The notes below the pieces were generated by a model. It had not been told where the DNA came from, did no database searches, and was given only the letters and a program-made list of their open reading frames with translations. Source: Thermodesulfobacteriota bacterium (GTDB lineage Bacteria > Desulfobacterota > Desulfobaccia > Desulfobaccales > 0-14-0-80-60-11). From it: 64,000 bases of DNA. The stretch spans positions 128,141 through 192,140 of the forward strand of contig JBMORF010000082.1 of the NCBI GenBank assembly GCA_049322315.1, given 5' to 3'. Numbering within the stretch: the first letter of the stretch is position 1; every line of letters begins with the position of its first letter. A program made the position numbers and the translations under genes. Below are positions 17,601-26,694 of the stretch, in pieces.

Positions 17601-19409
17601 ATTTTTGTTGGCGTCGTAGTCAAAGGCGGCGGTGCGGCCGAAGGGGTCGGTTACCTGGGTTACCAGGTTATTGGCGTTGTAGGTTAAGTTGGTCACCCGC
17701 CCCACGGCGTCGGTGATGGTCGTGAGCCGAACCGCGGCGTCATAGCCGAAAGTCAATTTCAGGCCGTGGGCATCCCGAATCTCCACCAGAAAGGGCTGGA
17801 GCGAGGTGGTCCCCGCAGGGATGTTGAAAGTATAGACCGAATCATCGGGAAATCGCAGCTCATAATGGTACGCCGAGAGCTTATCCAGCCGGTTGAAGAC
17901 CTGGGTGGGGGGCGTAAAGCCGCCGGCGCCGTCCGGAGTAAAGATATCATTCCGGCCATCGCCCATGAAAACGGTAACCGTGCCACCGGTATCTTCCACC
18001 AGGTAACAGCCGTAATTAAAGGCCCACTTGTTACCGAAGGGTTCGTATTGGGCTATGGAGGCTTGGGAATTGTAATTCAGGGTAATTTCCACGCCTGGGC
18101 CGATGGGACTGCGGTACCATAAAGGGGTGTCAGTGACAAAGAAATTAAGATTGATGGGATTTACGGACCATACCGGGGACCCGCAACCCTTTTGCTTATT
18201 ATCCGGTTTTCCCAAATTAGAGGGGGCCCTCGGGACCCCGCAACAGCCGCCATAGAGGTCTGACATCTCCTTGGCCGCCAGTTTCAGGCCCGGGAGGCCA
18301 TGGGGGCCGGCAAAGACCAGGGCGTTGCCGCCCCATTCCCGGGCGAACTCCGCTTCGGTCTGGCGAAAGCGGTTGCCGCTCTGGGGATCGAAGAATTGCA
18401 AGGCGTTCTTTTCCACCGCCTCCAGGACCCAGTAATGGCCGCGGTCGCCTTGGGTCCGCCCGGTCAACTGGACGATGGCCGGCAGGGGAATTTGGCGCAG
18501 TTGGGCAACCGTCAACTTCAGGCCGGTAAGCCGATAGCCTTGGCTGGCGGCCAGTGACTTGAGGTCCCGCATACTGTGGCCCCGGGATGAGGCGGCCACC
18601 AGTTTCTGAAGGTCCCGGGCCTGGGATTTCTGCCCCTTCTTGCGGAGCAAATGGGCCAGGGCCTGGGCGCCGCAGTTAAAGATGGCCAGTTGGTCCCGTT
18701 TTTCCCGGGAGAGCCTCTGAATCCAATGGGCCGCGTAGGTGCGGTCGCGCCAATCTTGGCTGTCCTGTTTGAGCAGCCGGAACTGTTCCTGGGCTGCGGG
18801 GAAATTGCCCTGCAAGGTCTTCAGGTTGGCCAGGCGGGTCCGGGCCTTGTGGACCATAATCCTGGCGCCCTGGTGCTGGCTGTCACGGTTGGCTGCCAGG
18901 ATCCGGTTAAAGCAGTTCCCCGCCTCAGTATAGCGGCCATGATAGAGGGCATCGCAGCCCACGTGCAGAACGGCCTCCGAGGCCCAGGGACTGTCCGGAT
19001 ATTGAGCCACATGCTGCCGGAACATTTCCACCGCTTCCTGGTATTCATGCATATTCCAGGCTTGGATGGCAACCCCGAAGGAGTGATTGACCTCTCTTTC
19101 CCGGGCCTTATTGGCCAGGAAATGCGTAGGATAGAGGGGTCCGCCCAATTGGCCCGCGGCCATCAATTCTTCGGTAGTCGGCGCCCGGGAAAGATTTAAA
19201 GGCTTGACGGAATGGCGGACCTGAGGGAGGTCCTGGGCAGCGGCGCGGCAGTTGAATCCTGTCAGGCTGAAGAGGAAAACAAGATTAACCAGGGCAAGCA
19301 ATCCTGCCCTCAACCAGAAAGGCACTAATTCACTACGTGATGAAAGCCGACTCATTTGCCTGTCTCCCAGCCGATTCATCATCTTTCGGGAAGTCTGTAA
19401 GGACTTCAA
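14628..19409 (-). CDS. Secreted RHS/YD-repeat polymorphic toxin: signal peptide, TPR region, C39-like cysteine peptidase, YD-repeat shell, RHS core (DPVGL), then a 155-aa glycine-zipper C-terminal tip
   Basis: 1593 aa. The start is uncertain (alternative Met codons at aa 10, 11 and 19). C39-like motifs NCGAQALAHLL and GHYWVLEAV...FFDP lie at about 18306..18692. There are dozens of YD repeats. The core ends in RWMTRDPLKETGGKNLYAFVKNNPVEYIDPVGL (DPVGL at 15096..15110). The tip is 14631..15095. Confidence 0.9.
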   Translation of the reverse strand: MKSLQTSRKMMNRLGDRQMSRLSSRSELVPFWLRAGLLALVNLVFLFSLTGFNCRAAAQDLPQVRHSVKPLNLSRAPTTEELMAAGQLGGPLYPTHFLANKAREREVNHSFGVAIQAWNMHEYQEAVEMFRQHVAQYPDSPWASEAVLHVGCDALYHGRYTEAGNCFNRILAANRDSQHQGARIMVHKARTRLANLKTLQGNFPAAQEQFRLLKQDSQDWRDRTYAAHWIQRLSREKRDQLAIFNCGAQALAHLLRKKGQKSQARDLQKLVAASSRGHSMRDLKSLAASQGYRLTGLKLTVAQLRQIPLPAIVQLTGRTQGDRGHYWVLEAVEKNALQFFDPQSGNRFRQTEAEFAREWGGNALVFAGPHGLPGLKLAAKEMSDLYGGCCGVPRAPSNLGKPDNKQKGCGSPVWSVNPINLNFFVTDTPLWYRSPIGPGVEITLNYNSQASIAQYEPFGNKWAFNYGCYLVEDTGGTVTVFMGDGRNDIFTPDGAGGFTPPTQVFNRLDKLSAYHYELRFPDDSVYTFNIPAGTTSLQPFLVEIRDAHGLKLTFGYDAAVRLTTITDAVGRVTNLTYNANNLVTQVTDPFGRTAAFDYDANKNLVKITDMGNYAASFTYDQDIFMTSIAKDRGVWNIYTEPADGIPNGSNGYPAPGGTMWEDFRVTVTDPFGNKEEYHYDGNLIYGWYVSPNNYVNYVSYEASNVNTPKTRYYYITSNYQGYIASKRLPLSDGYYFGYDSYGNRTYVSDYHGYKSYTYNNMSLPTSITASLSYTANMTYASNNVDLISTQDDLGQIKLTYNNTHEVTSLTDRLGNVTTFAYNDYGQLISSTDAAGAVTNYLYDAYHRLVEVRQGRHRTRAAQRVQSYTYDALDRVRTYTDATGLTVTYDYNDLDQATRITYPDGKFRSFQYSTCCPRLLDQVTERSGQATFYTYDKLNRLTAVTDPASGMTRFAYDANGNRTQLVDPKGNVTRFKYDAGDRLVKKIYADGEYELYTYNNYGLVASKRNARGITTYYNYDANNNLTRIYYNTYYYQDTLPWINYTYDKYNRLLSSSNAVGTYTYEYDANSRLVSVDGPWDNDKITYQYDALGRRIAMTREKGQAAAYAYDEYNRLTAVNAGGDLYYYTYTGVNPLVRSLTRPNGARTTFQYDALQRLTQMTTKNIAGVLINSYSYTFNAQDLRAAETANEPVVPTPYQNAAVQYAYNNVNQLLSATDPGTKTFAHDRDGNLEKGYTPDGYAFTALYDPENRLQSLTHTGADGAWNKTEYYYLGEMLVQVKKYRNSSLVSDSRYVYDGALLVQERDADNNITREYTWGHHKGGGIGGLLHLNQEGANYSYLYDGKGNVSAVLNSAGGVSAAYQYDPFGRRRAQSGSLSQLMQFSTKPYDDQTGMSYYGYRFYASAVGRWMTRDPLKETGGKNLYAFVKNNPVEYIDPVGLVNWEQAGRSFGGLVGNAFAVAGGAIIATGTAVTGVGLVAGTALVFTGSYGVTVNATNLWAALFEKNPASKGSFFNDVADLAFPNSYTAQNLATAADLSLGLVGGRLSPNLWVENIDNLLGTLDVVSAADDLLQAYTDPEFLNAFRDLTKKGVCPK

Positions 19410-20340
19410 GCAATTGTCGCCTTAGCTCCATTGCCTGGAATAGGAGGAAGGGGCTATATCTAGAGGTTTGGCAAATACGGCAGATGCGACGAACAGAGGA
19501 GGGGAGTACTTTTGGGGGGAATGGCATTCCATTATTCCTAATCCTATTATCGATTAATTATCTAAAAGATAAACTGTTCAAACAAACATTTAAATAGATT
19601 CAAATTGTAAAGATTATCGGAAGCGCTTTGTACCTTAGTCGACTTTTTATTAATTGTCAATAAATTCTTTAAAAGAGTAGCATCGGTTTAGTGATGCAGA
19701 TGTCTACCGCTCCCCTCTGCAATGGTGGCCCACCAGGTATTGGGCAATAGGTTGCCGGAGGAAACGCAAAGGGAAAAAAGACTGCCAATATGGGGTATTA
19801 TAAGTGACTCTAATTAATAGACTCTGAGTGGAACCGATCTTTTGATCTGGGGATAATTGGCAAACTAGCAATACTCTATCAGGATTTGGGCCACCATAGG
19901 GTTGCCTTCCGCCAGTTCTGTCAGGTATGCCTTGAGAGGTGGCGGATTTTGGAAGGCTCTCTCCGGGGCGCACGCAATAGGAAGGCCTGTACCGGTGCGG
20001 CCTTCTCCTTTACCACCAAAGGAGAGAGCCGTTCAAAATGAAAATAACCCTGGCAGTGATGATAGGTGCCGGCGCCGACAATGATTTCATCGGGCTGGGC
20101 CAGGCCCATGAGCCGGCTACGTATAGTATCTTTTTGACTGCAACTCGGTATAACATAGCGGCGTTCATGGCCCACGGTTACCGGCTCCGGCAAGGCTCTG
20201 GACTGCAGCCGGGCAAGCGGGGCCGAAGCAATTTTGGGAATTTCCTCCGGGCCAGGTTTCAGACTATGGCCGCATTGGCTACGTTTTGATGCTTTTTGAT
20301 TGCGGATTAGTATTAGAGAAGGGGCTTTAAATCCAAGCAA

Positions 20341-21036
20341 TTATTCATCCCGGAGGCGGTAGCCCACCCCGGGTTCGGTGAGCAGATATTGGGGGCGGGT
20401 GGGGTCGTCTTCCAGTTTGCGGCGCAGATTGAGAATAAAGATGCGCAAATAGGAGTTTTCCTCCACCGCAGTGGGGCCCCAGACCTCTTTCAGCAATTGG
20501 CGGTGGGTCACCACTTTGCCCCGGTACTTCAGCAGGACGGAAAAGAGCTTGTATTCGATGGGGGTGAGATGCACTTCCTCCTGGTCCCTGAAGACCAGGC
20601 GCCGTTCAAAATCCACCTTGATGTTACCCAGGGAAAAGGAAGTTGCCTGCTTGCCGTCCTCCGCGGGCGCGGTGCGGCGCAGGGCCACGCGCATGCGGGC
20701 CAGCAACTCCCCCACCCCGAAGGGCTTGGTCAGGTAATCATCCGCACCCGCGTCCAGATTGGCCACTTTGTCCCGTTCCTGGCCCCGGGCGGAGAGGATG
20801 ATAATGGGCACCCCCGACCAGGTCCGCAACTGTTTGATTACTTCGATCCCTTCCATGTCCGGCAGTCCCAGGTCCAAAAGGACCACCTCCGGCACCCGGG
20901 AGGCGGCCAGGGCCAGCCCCTCCTTGCCGGTGCCGGCCTCCAGCAGGTCATAGCCCTGGGTTACCAGGCTGGCCCGGAGAAACCGGCGGATATGGGGATC
21001 GTCTTCGATGAGCAAAATAACCGGATTCATGCTCAC
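20341..21036 (-). CDS. kdpE: OmpR-family response regulator, KdpE-like
   Basis: 231 aa. Receiver motifs LLIEDDP, VLLDLGLPDMEG and ADDYLTKPF, plus a winged-helix C-terminus (GVGYRL). Its start overlaps the stop of the upstream kinase gene by 4 nt. Confidence 0.85.
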   Translation of the reverse strand: MSMNPVILLIEDDPHIRRFLRASLVTQGYDLLEAGTGKEGLALAASRVPEVVLLDLGLPDMEGIEVIKQLRTWSGVPIIILSARGQERDKVANLDAGADDYLTKPFGVGELLARMRVALRRTAPAEDGKQATSFSLGNIKVDFERRLVFRDQEEVHLTPIEYKLFSVLLKYRGKVVTHRQLLKEVWGPTAVEENSYLRIFILNLRRKLEDDPTRPQYLLTEPGVGYRLRDE

Positions 21037-23042
21037 ACCTTGGCCGCGTCTCCCGATAGATTTTTATCCAGCAGGGGTGCGCCTGCCACCAGGGGGATGG
21101 TGAAGCTGAACACGGCCCCGCCTTCCGGCCGGTTGGCGGCCCAGATGCGGCCGCCGTGGGCCTCGATGATACGGCGGCAGATGGTCAGCCCCAGGCCCGC
21201 ACCCCGGGCGCTCCCCGGGGCCACCTGGTAGAATTTTTCAAAGATGCGCTCCTCCTCACCCGGAGGCAAGCCCGGACCCCGGTCGGCAATGGCCACCAGC
21301 AGTTCTTGCTCCTCCAGACGCCCCAAGATTTCCAGGGGCGTTCCCGGGGGGGTATATTTCATGGAATTTTCCAAAAGGTTGATCAGTACCCTTTCTAAGA
21401 GCAAAGCGTCGATCTTGACCAGGGGGAGATCGGTGGGCAAATTTATGGACACCGGGTGGTCCTTAAGCTGGGTGTCCAGTTGGGCCAGGGCGCAGCCGAT
21501 CACTTCCTCCAGGACGTGCCACTCCGGGTTGAACATGGCCTGGCCGGACTGGAGGCGGCTCATCTCCAGGAGATTGTGCACCAGGCGGTCCAAGCGCTTG
21601 GCCTCTTCATAGATGGTCTGGGATAATTCGTGTTTGGTGAAGGGATCCAGGTGGCTCTCCCCCTCTAAAAGGCTGCTGGCGGAGCCGGCGATGACGGTGA
21701 GGGGGGTGCGCAGGTCATGGGACACGGAACTGAGAAGGGTGTTGCGCATCTGTTCGGCTTCAATCTGGAGTTGGGCCGCCTGGGCCTGGCGGGAGAGGTT
21801 CTCTCGTTCGATGGCCAGGCCCACCTGGCTGCCCAGGGCCTCCAGCAGCCGCAGGGAATCCGCCTCCAAGGAGTCAAGCTGGGCCGGTTCCAGCCGCAGC
21901 ACTCCGATAACCCGGGACGCGGCCATGAGGGGCAGGTAGATGCTCCTAACCGCGGACAGGGTGCCGGTGCCCGGTCCGGCCAGATGACCGTGGCGGAAGA
22001 CCCAGGAAGCCACCATCTCTTCCCGGACGTCCTCATCAGTAAAAGGATGTCCCGCCTGGATCTGTAATTTGCCGTCGGCCCGGGGCATCAAAATGGCCAC
22101 CCGGCTGTCGAAGATTTGGGAGATTTGGGCTGCGGCCACTTGCAGTAGTTCTTCCAGGCTGTTGATGGCCGTGAGGTTCTGGTTCATCTCCAGAAGGGCC
22201 GCGGTTTGCCGCTCCTGCTCCCGGGCGATTCGGGCCTGATGGCGCACCCGGGTGGTCAGACCGCTGACCAGGGTGCTCACTAAAAGCATCACCACCAGGG
22301 TGATGGTGTATTCGGTGTTGGCCACCGCGAAGGAGAAGTATTCGGGCACAAAAAAGAAGGCAAAGACGGCCACGCTGAAAATGGAGGAGAACAGGGCGGG
22401 GCCCCGGGTGAGAAAAGAGGAGATGATCACCACCGTCAGGAGATAGATCATGGCCAGGTTGGTGAGGGCCAGATAGGGAAAGAGGACCCAGGCCAAGCCG
22501 GTGCAGAGGCCCACGCCGCCTGCGGCCAGGAGATATTCCCGGAGGAGCCGCCGGGGTTTGGGGGCCGGGGCCGGGGCCGGAGGGGCCTCCTCCCCTTCCC
22601 CGGAGATGACGAAGATGTCAATGGGGCCGCAGTTCCAGATGAGATGATCCACTAAAGAGATGCCCAAGAAGCGCCGCCAGCGGCGCTCCACGGGTTTGCC
22701 CACAAAAATTTTGGTAACCTGGTGTTCCCGGGCAAAGGCCAGGATTTCATCACCGACGCGGAAGCCGGAGACCTTCAGGGCCTGGGCCCCCAGTTTGGCC
22801 GCCAGATAGAGGGCCTGGGCCACGTGCTCCTGGTTTTCCTGGGACAGGCGGGAGTGGGAGGGAGTTTCCACATAGAGGGCGTACCACTTGGCCTGTTGGG
22901 CGTCGGCGATGCGCTTGGTGGCCCGGATCAGGGGAAGGGAAAAGGGACTGGGGCTGAGACAGACCAGCAGACGTTCGCCGCCGGACTGGGTCTGTTCCGC
23001 CTTTGGCTGCACCATGGCCCCGGGTTCCGGGTTGGACGGCAT
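21033..23042 (-). CDS. kdpD: KdpD-like sensor histidine kinase (Usp domain, 4 TM, GAF, HisKA, HATPase) lacking the N-terminal KdpD P-loop domain
   Basis: 669 aa. It begins directly with the Usp-like segment RLLVCLSPSPFSLPLIRATKRIA. H-box SHDLRTPLT. C-terminal GLGLTICRRIIEAHGG. Confidence 0.8.
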   Translation of the reverse strand: MPSNPEPGAMVQPKAEQTQSGGERLLVCLSPSPFSLPLIRATKRIADAQQAKWYALYVETPSHSRLSQENQEHVAQALYLAAKLGAQALKVSGFRVGDEILAFAREHQVTKIFVGKPVERRWRRFLGISLVDHLIWNCGPIDIFVISGEGEEAPPAPAPAPKPRRLLREYLLAAGGVGLCTGLAWVLFPYLALTNLAMIYLLTVVIISSFLTRGPALFSSIFSVAVFAFFFVPEYFSFAVANTEYTITLVVMLLVSTLVSGLTTRVRHQARIAREQERQTAALLEMNQNLTAINSLEELLQVAAAQISQIFDSRVAILMPRADGKLQIQAGHPFTDEDVREEMVASWVFRHGHLAGPGTGTLSAVRSIYLPLMAASRVIGVLRLEPAQLDSLEADSLRLLEALGSQVGLAIERENLSRQAQAAQLQIEAEQMRNTLLSSVSHDLRTPLTVIAGSASSLLEGESHLDPFTKHELSQTIYEEAKRLDRLVHNLLEMSRLQSGQAMFNPEWHVLEEVIGCALAQLDTQLKDHPVSINLPTDLPLVKIDALLLERVLINLLENSMKYTPPGTPLEILGRLEEQELLVAIADRGPGLPPGEEERIFEKFYQVAPGSARGAGLGLTICRRIIEAHGGRIWAANRPEGGAVFSFTIPLVAGAPLLDKNLSGDAAKV

Positions 23043-23214
23043 ATGTCCCTTATATCCCTAGATATCTTATTTATCGCAGGATAACCGGTCCGGGGCTTTT
23101 GGTCAAGTGCTGCTACGCCTTTGGGTCTTGGGCGGAAGGATATCTCACGCCAAAACGCAAAGACGCAAGAATAAACTTCCGTGAACCAAAGGCATATTTT
23201 CTACCCGCGAGGAA

Positions 23215-23290
23215 AAATCCCCCCTACCCCCCTCTAGAAAAGGGGGGTTTAAAAGTCCCCCTTTTTTAAAGGGGGACTTAGGGGGATTTT
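23215..23290. repeat. G/C-tract nested hairpin element (family copy 1), probably also the terminator of the upstream transporter gene
   Basis: Outer stem AAAATCCCCC (23215..) pairing with GGGGGATTTT (..23290). It encloses the hairpins CCCCCC-tctagaaaa-GGGGGG and AGTCCCCC-ttttttaaa-GGGGGACT. Related elements lie at 47373 and 55472. Confidence 0.6.
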
Positions 23291-23309
23291 GGGAATCGCG
23301 GTTGGTAAT

Positions 23310-25046
23310 TCAATACGCAATCAGCAGGTAGCACATGGCAATGGTGACGGTGATCATCATGGGCCACCAGCAGGCCCGCATGTAAGCCAGAAACGAGATA
23401 TGGTAGCCAGATTTTTCCGCCAGCCCCACGGTGACCACGTTGGCGCTGGCCCCGATCATGGTGCCGTTCCCCCCCAGACAGGCCCCCAGGGCCAGGGACC
23501 ACCAGAGCACCCCGGACTCCGCGCCGGGAATGGTCTGGTTCAAAAAGGCGATGATGGGCAGCATGGTGGCGGTGAAGGGGATGTTGTCGATGAAGGCCGA
23601 GGCAATGGCGCTCACCCAGAGGACGAGGATGATGGCTACCGTCAGGTTGCCCCGGGAAAGGTCTTTCACCCAGTTGGCAATCATCTGGATCAGGCCAGTT
23701 TCCTCCGCGCCGGCAATGACCATGAACAGGCCGATGAAAAAGACCAGGGTGGGCCATTCCACCTCATGCTCCAGCATCTCCACGATATCCACCCGGGAGA
23801 TGACCAAAAGCAGCATGGCCCCGATGAGGGCCGCGATGGACACCTCCATATGGAAAATGCCGTGGAGGGCGAAGAGCAAAACGGTGAAGCCCAGGAGACA
23901 CAGACCCTGGACCGTCAGCTTCATGTTGGTGATGCGATACTCCTCCCGTAAAAATTCGATGGTGCGGGCCACGTCCTTGACTTCGGCCTGCTGATAATCC
24001 TTCTTGTGCCACCAAAGGTACCAAAAACCGGACATCACCAGACAGACGGTGCAGGCCACCACCAGATTCTGAACGAACTGGGCGAAGGAGAGGCCGGCAT
24101 AGGAGCCGATGAGGATGTTGGGAGGATCACCGATCAAAGTGGCGGTGCCGCCCACGTTGGAGGCAAAGACCTCGGGAATCAGGAGGGCTATGGGGTTGAT
24201 CTTCAGGGTGACCGCGATCTCGATGGTCACCGGGATCATCAGCAGCATGGTGGTGACGTTGTCCAGAAAGGCGGAGGTCACCGCGGTGATTACCTGGAGC
24301 ACAAAAGACAGCACAAAGATGTTGCCCCGGGCCCAGGCAAAGGCCTTATAGGCCAGGAACTGGAACATACCCGTCTTCTTCAGCACCCCCACGAAGATCA
24401 TCATGCCCATGAGCAGGAAGACGACGTTCAAGTCGATGGCGTGCATGGCGTCTTCGAAGGAGATGATGAAAAAGGACTTGTCGAAGGTGCCCAGGGTATA
24501 GGAGACGAAGAGGATAAAAGCCGCGCCCAGAAAGGCCGCCAGGGTGCGGTGCATCCACTCCAAAGAAATTAAAAGGTACACCAGCAGCAGGACGATACTG
24601 GCGATCCAGAACGCCGGGGTGATGATCCGTTGCATGGTGAGGTTTTGGGACGCCTGGAAGAGGCGGTGGCCCTGGGCGTCCGCCCCTGCGTCCACCACCT
24701 TCACGGCCGTGGCCGGGACGGGCTTCCAGGAAGGCTTGGCGGCCTTCACCTCCACCCGAGCGTCGGGGAGGGTGCCGGCGGGCAGGATAAAGTCCGCCAC
24801 AAAACCCCCGGGTTTACCGGTGACGATCTCCGCCGCCTTGCCCAGGGGTCTGATGTGGCGGCCGTTCACCAGCACCTCCACCTCCACTTCCTTGAGGCCC
24901 TTGCCCATGGAATCGACGACCAGCCCGGAGACGGCCAGGCGGTCGCCCGCTGGAGGAGGAGCGGCCAGGGTCGGAGATGCGGCCAGGAATCCCGCAACGA
25001 ACAGGAATATTAAGATATTCAGAAAGGAAACCAACTGCTTGGGCAT
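23310..25046 (-). CDS. ArsB/NhaD-superfamily (CitMHS/SLC13-like) anion permease with an N-terminal signal peptide and an Ig-like (carboxypeptidase-regulatory-like) domain
   Basis: 578 aa. The N-terminal 120 aa are beta-rich (SGLVVDSMGKGLKEVEVEVLVNG), then there are at least 10 TM segments with the motif TSAFLDNVTTMLLMIPV, typical of this superfamily. Confidence 0.75.
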   Translation of the reverse strand: MPKQLVSFLNILIFLFVAGFLAASPTLAAPPPAGDRLAVSGLVVDSMGKGLKEVEVEVLVNGRHIRPLGKAAEIVTGKPGGFVADFILPAGTLPDARVEVKAAKPSWKPVPATAVKVVDAGADAQGHRLFQASQNLTMQRIITPAFWIASIVLLLVYLLISLEWMHRTLAAFLGAAFILFVSYTLGTFDKSFFIISFEDAMHAIDLNVVFLLMGMMIFVGVLKKTGMFQFLAYKAFAWARGNIFVLSFVLQVITAVTSAFLDNVTTMLLMIPVTIEIAVTLKINPIALLIPEVFASNVGGTATLIGDPPNILIGSYAGLSFAQFVQNLVVACTVCLVMSGFWYLWWHKKDYQQAEVKDVARTIEFLREEYRITNMKLTVQGLCLLGFTVLLFALHGIFHMEVSIAALIGAMLLLVISRVDIVEMLEHEVEWPTLVFFIGLFMVIAGAEETGLIQMIANWVKDLSRGNLTVAIILVLWVSAIASAFIDNIPFTATMLPIIAFLNQTIPGAESGVLWWSLALGACLGGNGTMIGASANVVTVGLAEKSGYHISFLAYMRACWWPMMITVTIAMCYLLIAY

Positions 25047-25127
25047 TTTTATTCCCCTTTGAGCATCGCCTCATAGTGGGCGGTCCGAGGGAGACCGGGA
25101 TTTCTCCCGGTCCCCCCGAGGTTCGCC

Positions 25128-26657
25128 CTACATTTTCGGAGCCAGCACCTGCATCCCCATGAGGGGCCAGATAAGGTAACAGAACAGAGCCAGCACCACC
25201 ATCAGGACGGCGCTGGGGATCCAGCCGTAAGTGAAGAATTCCCCGGTGGTGAATTGTTTGCTCTCATAGGCAATGGCGTTGGGGGCCGCGCCGATGAGCA
25301 GGTTAAAGGGCATGCCCGCGGTGACCAGGGAGGCGAAGAGGATGACCATGGGACCCACGCCTAGATATTTGGCGATGACCAGGGACACCGGCAGGGAAAT
25401 GGCGATGGCCGCCACGTTCATGATGAAGTTGGTCATCAACAGGACGAAGAAAGCGATGCCCAGGACGAAGACCAGCCAATTAGCCTTGAGGAACATGGTG
25501 AGCCAATGGATGGCCAGCCATTCCGCCGCGCCCGTCTGCCACAGGCAGAAGCCGATGGACATGGCCCCGCCAAAGAGGAGGATGATGTTCCAGGGAATGG
25601 CTTCCAGGTCTTCCACCGTCAAAGTTTTTGTCATAAAGAAGGCCAGGGTGCCGATGAGCATGATACCGGCCCGGTCCAGCTTGGCAAAGGCCGGTACGAA
25701 GGACTTGAGCATGAAGAGGGTAACCACCACCGCCATGGTGACGATGACCACCCATTCCTTGGGGCTTAAGGGGCCCAGCTCCTTGGAGAGTTCCTGGGCC
25801 TTGGCCCTGAGCCCGGAGATGGAGTTCCGTTCCGGCGGGAAAATCATGATAATAATAAGCCAGATCAGGAAGACCATGATCACCCCCACCGGCAGCATAT
25901 ACCAGGTGAGTTCGAAGAAGGCAATGTCTTTGCCGGTGAACTCCTTGAACATGCCGGCCGCGGCCACGCCCCGGGCCGCGCCCAGAAAGGTGATGATGGA
26001 GCCGGCGCCCGCCACCCAGGCCATGCCGATGAAGAGGCCCTTACCGAACTTGGTGGGCTGATCGCTCTCGCTGTAGAGGGCGTGGATGGCCAGGAGCAGG
26101 GGAAAGATGGCCGCGGCCACCGCGGTGTGGGCCATGAGCAGGGTCATGGCGGCGATGACCAGAAAGGTGCCCAGGAGGATGAAGCGGGTGTTTTCCCCCA
26201 CGACAGTCAGCATCTTGTAGGCCATGCGTTTGGTGAGACCCGAGGCGCTGAAGGCCAGGCCGATGACCACCGAACCGAAGATAAACCAGACCGAGGGGTC
26301 CAGGAAGTCCCCCAGGGCCTGCTTGGCGGTGCGCAGATGGAACAGGACTTGAAAAAGGCCGATGGCAATGGCGGTGGCGCCGATGGGCATCACCTCGAAG
26401 ACCCACCAAATTCCGGCCATGAGAAAAAGGCCCAGGGACAATTTCCCGGTCCAGGAGAGCTTGAAGACTTTACCAGCCGGGTCCACCCCGTCCGGCAAGG
26501 TAGGAATGGCATAAAAAATAAAGAATACTGCCAAGCCCAACAGAATGTAACAGACACGTCTCCAATCGATGGGCACTTTTTTAGGGGCAATAAAGATCTC
26601 TTCCGGCATCTCCGGCAGGCCCGCACCCACCGGCATTTTTTTAACATCTTCCGCCAT
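25128..26657 (-). CDS. DASS/SLC13 family divalent-anion:sodium symporter-like transporter
   Basis: 509 aa polytopic protein. Duplicated hairpin motifs (..AAIFPLLLAI.., ..NVAAIAISLPV.., GAAPNAIAY) are typical of DASS transporters. Confidence 0.75.
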   Translation of the reverse strand: MAEDVKKMPVGAGLPEMPEEIFIAPKKVPIDWRRVCYILLGLAVFFIFYAIPTLPDGVDPAGKVFKLSWTGKLSLGLFLMAGIWWVFEVMPIGATAIAIGLFQVLFHLRTAKQALGDFLDPSVWFIFGSVVIGLAFSASGLTKRMAYKMLTVVGENTRFILLGTFLVIAAMTLLMAHTAVAAAIFPLLLAIHALYSESDQPTKFGKGLFIGMAWVAGAGSIITFLGAARGVAAAGMFKEFTGKDIAFFELTWYMLPVGVIMVFLIWLIIIMIFPPERNSISGLRAKAQELSKELGPLSPKEWVVIVTMAVVVTLFMLKSFVPAFAKLDRAGIMLIGTLAFFMTKTLTVEDLEAIPWNIILLFGGAMSIGFCLWQTGAAEWLAIHWLTMFLKANWLVFVLGIAFFVLLMTNFIMNVAAIAISLPVSLVIAKYLGVGPMVILFASLVTAGMPFNLLIGAAPNAIAYESKQFTTGEFFTYGWIPSAVLMVVLALFCYLIWPLMGMQVLAPKM

Positions 26658-26694
26658 GATTAAACTCCTTATCTACGGAACTCCGGGGGTAAGC

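Noticed and set aside
19704-20340. Two minus-strand ORFs (89 and 139 aa) downstream of kdpE
   Set aside because: There is no RBS or start context; one begins at the very nucleotide after the kdpE stop. No family motifs are present beyond a vague beta-helix-like PDEIIVGAGTY. They are treated as non-coding or a decayed remnant, not called as genes.
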